Program-made: the position numbers and the translations under genes
Source of the DNA: Prasinococcaceae sp. CCMP 1430
Lineage: Eukaryota; Plantae; Prasinodermophyta
Assembly: GCA_013416795.1 (NCBI GenBank)
Contig: RQSC01001240.1
Span: 1-64,000, forward strand
Reading direction: 5' to 3'
DNA length: 64,000 bases
Part shown: piece by piece, positions 1-9,714 of the stretch
Numbering within the stretch: the stretch's first letter is position 1
Layout: each line of letters opens with the position of its first letter
Notes under the pieces: model-generated
What the model saw: the letters and a program-made list of their open reading frames with translations, nothing else
What the model was told of the DNA's origin: nothing
The model's database searches: none

Positions 1-390
1 AGAGGCCGGCCGCGCGCTCGCCGTCGCCGCGGGCGCGCGCGGGGGCTCGCAGCCACTCGCGGCCGCTGGGGCGGACTGCGCCCGCCGCCCGCGCCCCGCT
101 CGTCGCTGAGTCTCAGCGGGTGAGCGATCGCCGGGGATTTTTTTGTGGCAGGGTGGGTGTTCAGGTCGGGCGTAGTGGCCCACTACTAACGGGGCGAAGG
201 GAGATGGAGGCCACGCTGCCGCAGCAGCTCGCGCGCTCCGGCAGCGGGGCGCCCCCCGGCGGCGGCGCGACGCCTTCGCCTCCTGCGGGCAGCCCGCCGC
301 CGGGGGCAGCGCCTCACCAACAGCAGCACCACCAGCACCAGCCCCGCCCGCAATGGGCACCCGCGCCGCCCGCGGGAGGCAGCTACGCGC

Positions 391-393
<3 letters not shown>

Positions 394-448
<55 letters not shown>

Positions 449-460
449 TGTGTGTGTGTG
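394..460. repeat. (TG)n microsatellite
   Basis: About 33 TG units with one interruption, seen directly; source of the CVCV/HTHT pseudo-ORFs. Confidence 0.97.
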
Positions 461-1114
461 TACAGTCCCATCGATGGTGGTACTGTACAGTACGTAGGCA
501 TTGTGCCTGGCCGAGCATCGCGTGGAAAGGGTGAGAAAAAAGGGAGAAACTACCGACAAAACGCATGCGATCCGCCGTCATTTTTCTCGCATTGTACGCG
601 CGCGGGGGGTGCGGAAAGTCTCTACGAGTAGCCTGGGTAAAACTGGGCGCCCCGGCCAAGCGGCGCGCGCTGGAACGACTTTGAGGCGGGCGTACATCCG
701 CCTGGCGAAGCGAACGATTTTTGTGGACACCTCTGTACTGTATACACGCTGGCAGTGCGGTGTTGTACGTGTAAATGAAAGGGAAGTTTTTTTTTTTGGC
801 GCGTGTTGTGGCAGCTGGCGGCGGCGATGCTCATGTGCGTAACCTTCCTTCGTGTCGATGCGCGTGCGAATGCGCGCGCGCAAGTATGCGCATCGATGTG
901 CGCTCGCATGCATGTGCTCATGCAAGAATGAAAGTCGATCCTTGGTGCTCTCCGTCGCTAGGGGTCGGTGGCCGCGTCGTACGTATGCCTGCGGGCTGCG
1001 GCGCCGTGTCCGACTCGTCGCNGCGCGGAGGTCGTCGCAGGTGGGCGCGGCGGCGTGGGTGGCGGCTCTGCGGCGGTGCTCGTGCAGCGTCAGCGCGAGG
1101 CGCAGGTGCTCGCG

Positions 1115-2629
1115 ATGGGCGCGCACGGCGTCGACCTGGAGGGGGTGCCCCACCGCGTCAGCGCGGACGGGTCCGGCAGCCCCGGCGGCGAGGTGTCCTC
1201 CCTGTCGGGGGGGGCGCACGCGCGCGGCCACAACAGGTCGGGAACGCTCTACCGGCGAGGGCCGGGCTCGTCCGCGCGCCACAGCGGCGAACTCGCTCCT
1301 TCGTCGGGGCGCCTGGTGGAGCGCCTGTGCGCGCTGGCGTTGCTGACATTGATGGCGGTGGTGGGGCTTCTCACCTTCCATGCGCCCGACAGCGCGCTGC
1401 CCGCGCGCTACCGCCGCGACGGGCGGGGCGCCTTCGACGGCGGCGCGGGCAGCGGGCGCTCCAAGGCGGTGTACGCCCCTGGAAGTGCGCGCCGCCGCCG
1501 CGGCACTTTCGATGGCGCCGAAACCGCCCAGTACGAGGATGGCGACAAATTCACAATGGCGGGCTTCGTCGACAACTACGCCATGTCGCTCGCATCGACG
1601 ACGCGCCCCAATAAGTACATCAAGAGCCGCACTGCCGAGGCGGAGGGCGCCATGCGCTGGATGGATGTGCTCGAAGAGCGCACGCGCCGCGCTGCGGCTG
1701 TGACCGCGGCCGTCAGCGGCATCGACGACGCTCAGCGCTCGGGCGGCAACGGCAAGAAGGCGGCGCGGACGGGCGATCCCTGCAACGCCGCGAAGGCGGC
1801 CGCGCGCGACGACAGCGCGCGCTTGCGTCACTGCGAGATCCACGGCGTGCATATCGCCGCGCACTGCCCGGCGCTGTGCTTCGAGGTGGCCGCCGCGGCC
1901 ATCGAGGACGCGCAGCTCATGGACGAGCTTATGGTGGACGTCCCTATGGTCCAAGAGGCCCTGGCGCGCGCGCAGTCGGGCGTGCCGACCTGCGTAGACT
2001 TCGACACTGCGCGCTGCTTCCAGACAGCCACGACGCACTCGTGCGTGGCGTCGGAGGGCGAGGAGGCCGACCAGTGGTTCGGTGTGAGCGAGATGAGCCT
2101 CATGTGCCCGCGCACGTGCATGTGGCTCCTCATCAGCGACAGCTATCGCTTCGCCCAGTCGTACTTCGACAGCCACCACTGCGATCAAATGGCGCAGGCA
2201 GACGGAACCTTTGCCACCGTTGACAAGAACAGCTTCTACAAGTCCATGCACATGGAGATCGCCCACAAGGTCCACAAGAGTGGCGGCATCGACCTGGAGT
2301 TCGCCAGCGAGCAGCGGCGCCTCAACATCGGTCTCGCGGACGGCTGGACCGTGAAGAAGGATTTCAAGTCAAAGAAGGCCTTCTACGAGCACGTTGACGG
2401 CAAGGTGCAGTGGGACCGTCCCGAGGGGTCCGAGGCTGCGATCAGCAAGGAGCGCTTTGCGCAGTTTGAGGCCGACGCCCGCGCAGCACGCGTGAAGGCG
2501 GTCGGCACCATGACGGTGCATGATCGCATTCTGCAGCGTCTCGCGCAGGGAGACGCGGCGACGAGGAGGGCCAGCGCGCAGCAAAAGAAGGCGACGTCAC
2601 CGCCGCCGAAGTCACAGGCAAAGTCCTAA
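1115..2629 (+). CDS. Hypothetical membrane-anchored protein with a C-terminal WW domain
   Basis: Within ORF 968..2629; first in-frame ATG used here is 1115. Hydrophobic segment ALALLTLMAVVGLLTF and WW signature GWTVKKDFKSKKAFYEHVDGKVQWDRP (~2340-2421). 5' end uncertain because of the single n at 1022. Confidence 0.6.
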   Translation: MGAHGVDLEGVPHRVSADGSGSPGGEVSSLSGGAHARGHNRSGTLYRRGPGSSARHSGELAPSSGRLVERLCALALLTLMAVVGLLTFHAPDSALPARYRRDGRGAFDGGAGSGRSKAVYAPGSARRRRGTFDGAETAQYEDGDKFTMAGFVDNYAMSLASTTRPNKYIKSRTAEAEGAMRWMDVLEERTRRAAAVTAAVSGIDDAQRSGGNGKKAARTGDPCNAAKAAARDDSARLRHCEIHGVHIAAHCPALCFEVAAAAIEDAQLMDELMVDVPMVQEALARAQSGVPTCVDFDTARCFQTATTHSCVASEGEEADQWFGVSEMSLMCPRTCMWLLISDSYRFAQSYFDSHHCDQMAQADGTFATVDKNSFYKSMHMEIAHKVHKSGGIDLEFASEQRRLNIGLADGWTVKKDFKSKKAFYEHVDGKVQWDRPEGSEAAISKERFAQFEADARAARVKAVGTMTVHDRILQRLAQGDAATRRASAQQKKATSPPPKSQAKS

Positions 2630-3811
2630 GCGGCGACGCAGCAACAGGCGAAACCGCAAACGGCGATGCCGCAGCAGCAGCAAACAGCGAAGGGCAAATG
2701 AGGGAAGCGCTGGCGGTGCAGCCTGAACTCACACTTACTGGCTAGAGTGCGTGCACTGAGCAAGCGCAGCCGAACCGGCGTGCAAGAAGCAAGGGCTCCC
2801 AGTGCTCCGAACGATCCGCTGCGGGGTCAGTGTGGGGCTGCCAATGGTGCGCCGGTCACTTCTGCGCAGATAGTCACGTGCGTGATCGTCGGGGGCGGAG
2901 CTTGCATAAGACGGCCATACATAAACTTATACAGCACCAACGTCCCGAGTGCTTGAGCTCTGCGCGGCCGATCACGAAGGCCCGCGCCGTGCCTAGCTGT
3001 GCCTGCGAGGCTTCGAGCGGTGCGCGGCCACGGACGTACTACTAGGCACCCGCCAGTGCCTCGTGCGGCCCAGCAGCCCGCTCAGGGCCAGCTGGTGTGA
3101 AGACCGACACCGCATGCCGCATGTGCACGTCGGCCCGGGGGTGGGCGTGGCCACACGAACGACGCCACCCCACACACTGCTTTTGCCCATTGGCATGAGC
3201 TCAGCCCATCGGATGCGGTCTTGGTGCATGTACGGTTTGCATCGACAGCATTTGCGCGTACCGTTGACGGTACGACACGACGCAGCGCGTTCCCCCGCGC
3301 GCGCGTGCGCGCGCGCGCGCTTTTCGTTTTCGCGGAGGGACGCGCGCGCGAATTCGCGCGGTGAAAGAGGTTCGATCGAATGCGGTGCGGCGCGTTTCGG
3401 CGGATGCGAAATCGTGGAGATATTTTTTGGAGATATTTTTTTTGAAAATGCGCGCGCTGAGGTGTCGTCCGCTCGCGCGCCGTTCCCCGAGCGCGCGCGC
3501 GCGCGCTGCAGCGGCAGCAGAGGGCGAGAGGAGGGGTGGGGAGCAGGGAGTGCCTCGCGCTCCGCCTGCGCGCCCCTGCGCGCGCGCGCGCCCGCCTGCG
3601 AGAGGCCGAACCCCAAGTGCGGGCGGTTGGTGCGCGGCGCCGGCCGCGGCACAGGCGCGCCCCGCCGCGGCGCCGCGCCCCTCGCCTGGGGTGCGGGCAC
3701 CGCCCCTCTCTGTCTCTCTCTGTCTCTCTCGCGTGCGCGCACGTGCCGCTCGGGCGCTCGCCCCCGCCCGCTCGCATCCTCTGGCTGCCGCTGCGCCGCC
3801 GCGCGGGGGCG

Positions 3812-5040
3812 ATGGCGAGGACCGTGTTGCACACGCCCGCGGCGCCATTCGCGACAGCCGCTCTGCTCGGGGTCATCGGTGCGTTCGCGCTGCGCGCCGC
3901 GCCCCCCAGCCTTTGCATAGCTGCAACACAGCCCTCGGCGCACGTCTTCAAGCCCCCCCCACCCCCCACCCCCCACCCACCAGCCCCCCAGCCCTCCACC
4001 CTAGCTCAGTTTGCGACGCACAGTCCGCGCGCGAGGGCAGACGCCTAGGCGCTGACAGCGCATCATGTCCTTGGGACGCCGCTGCGCCTTTCTGCCGGGC
4101 GGCCTGCAGCGGCAGTCACGCTGCTGTCGTTGGCGGTGACCGGCGAGCGCTGGGCGGTCGGCTCGCTCTCGTCGCCGCTGCTCCCGCTGCGTAGCGGCGG
4201 AGGCGGCGGAGCGCTGGCCGCGCCGGGCCGCGTGACGCTCGAGGTGGGGCTGACGACCGCCACGGCGAGCGTGAGCGACATGGACGGCGCGTCCTTTCCC
4301 GCGCCCTGGCGTATGGCGGGGCTCTATCCGGACGGCGAGGGCTGCTGTGAGGCCACCGTGGCGCTGAAGGACATCGCCGGCGCAGGCGCGCGCGCGCGCG
4401 CCGCCGGAGAGGCCGACCCCGTCTGGTGGGCGCTGCAGGTGCGTGGTGCGGCGCGCGTGCGGCGCGGCGCAGTAAGGCGCGAGGCAGCGCGGCGCGGCGT
4501 CTCCTCCATTCCTCCTCGTGTGGTGTGCCAGCCGCGCCACGGAAAACAAGAAAGCGCTCCCGCCGTCCACACGGCAGCTGCGCCGGACCTTGTGCCCCTG
4601 AAAGCCATCCGCGCGGCCACCGATCACGGTCAGCGCAGCTGGCGACCGGTGGCTGACCCGCCGCGCCGCAGCACGCCACGACGCTCGCGCGCGATCCGAC
4701 AGGCGCTCGGACCGCCCTTCAAGTACGGCATTGGCTTCAGGGTCGTCGGCGTAGTCATACGCCTACTCGGCGGCGCTTCGCTCGCTGTGAGCCTCTGGAT
4801 ATTCTTCCTGCTCTGGAACAATGCGTGGTTGATGGCTACCGCCGCCGCGGCGCTTGCCGCGGCGCTCGCGGCCGGCGCGTTGGGCTTCTTCCACGGCCTC
4901 GCGCCGATGGGGCTCGAGTTCGAGGTGTCGGGTGAGCTCGTCGGCGTGCGGGCCGGCCCTAGCCACGATGCAATGATCGCCGCCGCAGCCGTCCTGGCCT
5001 GCGTGGCCGTCGCCTGTTTGGGTGCGCTCGCCGTGCGCAG
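3812..5040 (+). other. DUOXA (dual oxidase maturation factor)-like N-terminal module of the fusion
   Basis: Spliced translation gives LLSLAVTGERWAVG, RVTLEVGL, ADPVWWALQ|ALGPPFKYGIGFRVVG, LWIFFLLWNN and LEFEVSGELVGVRAGPSHDAMIAAAAVL. These are collinear with recalled DUOXA motifs (ILAVNFSSEWSVG, VGLxGxN, PDPVLYLAEKF..YRLAG, FxxWLLxN, L...G..FW..LA.G). By-eye alignment only. Confidence 0.7.
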
Positions 5041-8000
5041 CAGCAATGCAGGATCTGGTGCAAAGCCCAGCGGCTCGCCCCGTCGTTCGGCGCAGGGTCA
5101 GGGCAGCAAGTCCAAGCCCAGCGGCCCGCCCCGTCGTTCGGTGCAGGGTCAGGGCAGCAAGTACAAGCGGGCAATAGCTGCCACGGCCGCCATACTGTGT
5201 CTGGCTCTTCCGAGCGCGCACGCCGACGGCTGCCCCTTTGGCTTCGACTTGGCGAGCAGCCCGGCCGCAGCAGCGTCTCCTGATCTGGGCGCGCACCTTC
5301 GCTCCCTTCAGGCATCGAAAGGGGTCCAAGCAGGTGCCGAACCGCTCAGCTGGGGCACACGCGTCCCAGATCGTCAAGGGTACGACGGCTACGGCAATAA
5401 CGCTCTCGATGCAAGCAACGGAGCCGCAGGGGTCATGCGCCGAGCCGCACCGGCAACGTACAGCGACGGCTTCGGCCGGATGGAGTTCGCGCGCCCGAAT
5501 CCCGTGGCCGTGTCGGAGGCCATGTGCGCCGCCCCATCAGCTGCGGGTGTGCGCGACACTGGCGATAACGCGCTCAGCGATCTCGTCGTGTTTTTCGGGC
5601 AGCATATCTCGCACGAGATCGCGCACTCTGGTGGCAAGGCATGCCCAATCGAAGCGCTTCCAATCCCGAACCCGGGCCAGGCTCATATTCAGGGCAAGGT
5701 ACCCTTCCAGCGTACGCGCTTCGTCGGTGGCAAGGGCCCGAACTCGCAACGCGAGCAGCTCTCGGCGGTGTCGGCGTTCATCGACGGCTCGGCTATCTAC
5801 GGAAATACCAAAGCGCACGCAGACAAGCTGCGCGCGTACGAAGGCGGTCGCCTCGCCACGCTTGCCGACGGGGCACACGATACGGTGCATCCAGGAATGG
5901 AGACGCTCCCTCGGAGGAGTTCCGGTGGTGGCGACCCGGGCGACATCAACATGGTGAACCCGGTGCGCCGGCCGGACGGTACATATTTCGAGCTGGGCAA
6001 CAATAGGGGCAACGAAAGCCCCGGACTGCTTACCCTCCAGGTTATGTGGGTTCGGGAGCACAACAGGCACGCCGGCCGCATTGCCGCGGCAGACCCTGAC
6101 GCGACTGATGAGGAAGTCTACCAAGCCGCTCGTCGATGGACGATCGCGACGCAGCAGCGCCTCACGCTCGAGTATCTGAGTGTGCTTGGCATCGATCTCG
6201 GAGAATACGCCGGCTACGACCCGACGGTCGATGCGCGCGTCGCGAACGAATTCGCGACGGCGGCCATGCGCTTTGGTCACTCGATGGTGAGCCCCATGAC
6301 CCTCCGCGGCACCTATGTCGGCGACTCGCAGCTGGGTACGGGTTGTGCCAGTCTGCAGGAAACAGAACCGCTGCGCCTCTGCTCGCACTTCTTCTCGCCC
6401 GAGCACGTGATTGGCCCTTCGGGCTCACTTACAGCTGTTCTGCGTGGGGTGATCGGCTCGGTGGCACAGGCAGTCGATACCGTGGTAGTTGATGACCTCC
6501 GCACCTTTCTCTTCAGCCCGCCCTTTCCCACGAAGAAGCCGCGTATGGATTTGGTCGCGGTGAACATTCAACGCGGGCGTGACCACGGCCTGGCTGACTT
6601 CAACACGGTCCGGCAAGCGTATGGGCTGCCCGCCATCTCTTCGGCGCTCGATGTCACGTCTGATGCAGAGCTGGCGCAGCGCATGAATACCACGTACGGC
6701 GGGCGCGTCGCAGACACTCTGGACCTTTTCATCGGCGGTTTAGCCGAGGACCACGCAAGCGCCGATCCCGGCGCGCTGACTCAGCCGACAGCAAAGCTCG
6801 GTCCGACGTTCAAGGCGATCATCAAGGACCAGTTTAGACGCGTGCGCGACGGGGACAGCTGGTGGTACGAGCGCCCTGCTGCCCAGGGCGGCTACTTCGA
6901 TGATGCGGAGATTCAGCTGCTCCACGACTTCACCATGGCAGACTTTGTCGCGTTGAACGGCGACATACGTTCAGCCGAATTGAGGGACGCGGGGCTGCCC
7001 CATGGGAGCCCATTCTACGCGCCAGCGCTTGGCTGCTCGGACGCTCAATACGACCAGCTGATCGACGCAGCAGGGGAGTGTTTGGCGAAGCAGTGTGGGT
7101 ACGCACGCAACGCCGACTCGGTGGCGTGTAACGATCCTGGTCGCATGCGCCAGCAATTCTACGATTATGGATGGGGATACCTGGTCCTCACTGCGATCCT
7201 GGCTGTCTCTGTGGTCGTCGCAGTCTACGCCGGCTTCAGACGCCGCCATCGGAGCCAGAGCTTCTGGCTCACGTTTGTGTCACAGGCGGTAGTGCAACAT
7301 CTGCGGTGGTTTCAGTCTGCAGATGCGCGCGCGGCGAGAATCAAGGGCCTCGCTCAGATTGCCTGCTCGTCGCAGCCGCCCACCGACGACGACACGCAGG
7401 AAAGCGCGGAGGAAGAGGCAGCGCTTCTGGCGCTGTGGATGGAGGTGCAAGACGTCGATGATCTCGACGCGACCCTGGATAAGCTGGGTCCGGCCGAGCT
7501 TTGGGCCCGGTTGACCTCTGACGTCGTGCTGGATCGGAGCGAGCTCGCCGCTTTCCTCGGCGTGAAGCTCGACAACGCGCTGGTGTGCGCGATCTTTCGC
7601 GTGCTCGATGAGGATGAGAGCGGCGAGCTGTCGTTCGCCGAGTGGAGAGCGCTGATGCGTCTGATCGTCGGAGCGCACACAGAGAAGGGTGCGGACGTCG
7701 CCTTCGCCCTCTTCGATCGGGACGGGAACGGGGACATAGACGCCGAGGAGTTTGCGTCCGTCCTACGCGCCAACTTGCGCGAGTCAGGCATGGACGAAAC
7801 GGCTGTCGAGCGCCTCGACTTGCCTGCTCATTTCGCGCGGATAGACGTTGACATGTCGGGCTCGGTTTGCAAGGACGAATTCTGCGCTCTGCTCGAGAGC
7901 CTAGGCATGGACCCCAAGGCGAGCGTCACCCCAGGTCGCGGGACCGCTCTGGAGAGCTACCTCAGCGCGCGCGCCGAGCGCCTCAATCGCGTGCCGATGC

Positions 8001-8755
8001 GACAGGCGGTGGCTGATTTCGTGGCAGAGAGCACGCGCGACTTGGTCGCACTCGCTTTCCAATCGCGAAAGCTTTTGCTGCTGTTCGGTGTGTACCTCGT
8101 CCTTCTCGCCTGCATCATTTGGGAGCGCCTCGAGTACTATTATCAGATCGTGCAGCTGCGCTGGGCCTCGCAGGAGGGCGTGCCCAAGAGCCGCGTGACT
8201 GCCCAGCTCGTTGGTTTGCATTTCGCGTTCGTCTTTATTACCAAGTGCTCCCGCTTCCTCGCCGCGGTCGGATCAACACCCGTGGGATCGTGGCTGCCTC
8301 TGAGCCGGCTGCAGCTCGTGCACAACTTCGCCGGGCTCGGAGGGGCGGTCGTCGCCGCCGCGCACATGTACTACCATTTCCACAATTTCTACTACCTCAG
8401 CGAGATGATGACGCCAATGCTCAACTGCTGGTTCGGCCTGGGACTCAGCGCGGGCGAAGACCTCACCTTCGCTGGCATGATGCTTGCTGTACCGACGCTC
8501 ACGACCGGCCACCTGAGCACGGTGTTCTTCATGCTTCTGTTAGCGTTCGCATTGCCTGCTGTGCGGGCTCATGCGTACGGCGTCTTTCTGTGGGTGCACT
8601 ACCTGTCGGGGTACATTCTGGTGACCCTGCTGTTCCTGCACGGCAGCATTGAGCTCGTCCAGGAGCCGCACTTTTGGTACTTCATGATCGGGCCGCTGCT
8701 GCTCTACACGCACGAGCGACTGCGCGCTCAAGACGATGTTACTGCGCCGCCATAA
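3812..8755 (+). CDS. DUOX: DUOXA-like maturation factor fused to dual oxidase (heme peroxidase domain, TM, 3 EF-hand loops, 6-TM ferric-reductase domain); predicted introns 3879-4109 and 4439-4702
   Basis: Peroxidase motifs GYDGYGNN, FFGQHISHE, FIDGSAIYG, RGNE, RFGHSMV, NIQRGRDHG. TM at ~7170-7240. EF loops DEDESGELSFAE, DRDGNGDIDAEE, DVDMSGSVCKDE. Bis-His helices HNFAGLGGAVVAAAH and HYLSGYILVTLLFLH. No stop codon from 4049 to 8753. Both introns have GTGCGT donors and CAG acceptors that keep the frame. Confidence 0.9.
5063..5164 (+). repeat. 51-bp tandem duplication (2 copies) encoding KPSG[S/P]PRRS[A/V]QGQGSK[S/Y]
   Basis: Copies start at 5063 and 5114 and differ at 3 positions; in frame. 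Confidence 0.95.
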
Positions 8756-9227
8756 CTTCCGCGCTGGCGGCGACTACGCCGTCCAGAGGGCGCACCTGCT
8801 GTGGCTCGCGCCAAATCAGGCGACTTTTGACAGCCTGCGCCCAGCGCTCGAGGACCTGGAGCGCCTGGACGCTGATGAGGTGCTCCAGCTCGACTTCGCC
8901 ATCACTCGCGCAAAATCGAGCGGCGACGCGCGCGCGCTCATGCTCACGGCGGTCGACAAGTTAGACAAGGAGGGCGGCTCAGGCGGCCTGATGAACTTCC
9001 GCCGGGCCAACGTGCACTTTGGAAGCTTCAAGAGTGAACAGATCATGCGCTATCTGGCGGATGCTGTCGAGAGCGCGGGCGCTGAGCTCCAGCTCGAGGG
9101 TGGTCGCAAGCCGCGCATCGCCGTCCAGACCTGCGGTCCCACACCCATGACGGCCGCCGTTTGGTCGTCAGCGCGGTCCCTGCAGCAGCAGGGCCACTTC
9201 CTGGACGTCTTCGAAGACATCTTTTGA
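8724..9227 (+). pseudogene. C-terminal half of the DUOX/NOX NADPH-binding domain, out of frame with the upstream DUOX ORF
   Basis: ALKTMLLRRH..RAHLLWL..F, IAVQTCGP.PM and FLDVFEDIF match the NOX NADPH-binding C-terminus (CGP motif, terminal E-x-F). The FAD-binding domain and GxGxTPF motif are absent. Confidence 0.75.
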
Positions 9228-9714
9228 AGTCTGGACCCTTCAGCGTCAGCATTGGCGGCGAGGACCACCACTGTGACGTCCTACTAAGTTAGCTAAAGTA
9301 CAGTGTAAGTAAGTAAGTGCACTGTGTAAGTCTTTTGGCAGCAAGAAAGGGCCGGCGTGGTGCGAATGCATAACACTGTCCATTACGTCTACGCGAGTTC
9401 TGTCGCGAGTGGCTTGGATTGGCACCGCGATGGTGCTGCTTAGGATCGTTGTGTGTGTGTTGCATGGCTTAGGTGACTCGCTTTCGTGTCCGGTGGTGCG
9501 AGCGGACGCACGCGCGCGCGCGGCGCGGTCGCTCGTGTCGGCGGTGGCATGTGCTTAGCAGGTGGTGTCCCTGGCGGAGGAAGACAAAAAGCATCCTGGA
9601 AGGCCTGTCCATAGCTTGTCTAGTCGGGCCACTGAATGGAGATGCCTTCGTGGTGCTGACCTCACCACTGATGCCGCAGCAGAAGTGCGGGAGAGTGTAC
9701 CTCTCTCGCTCTCC

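Noticed and set aside
578-2275. Long minus-strand ORF of 565 aa (likewise 52656..54728+, 33253..35151- and many others)
   Set aside because: Antisense or alternate-frame shadows of real genes in GC-rich DNA; Arg/Ala/Pro-rich with no motifs.
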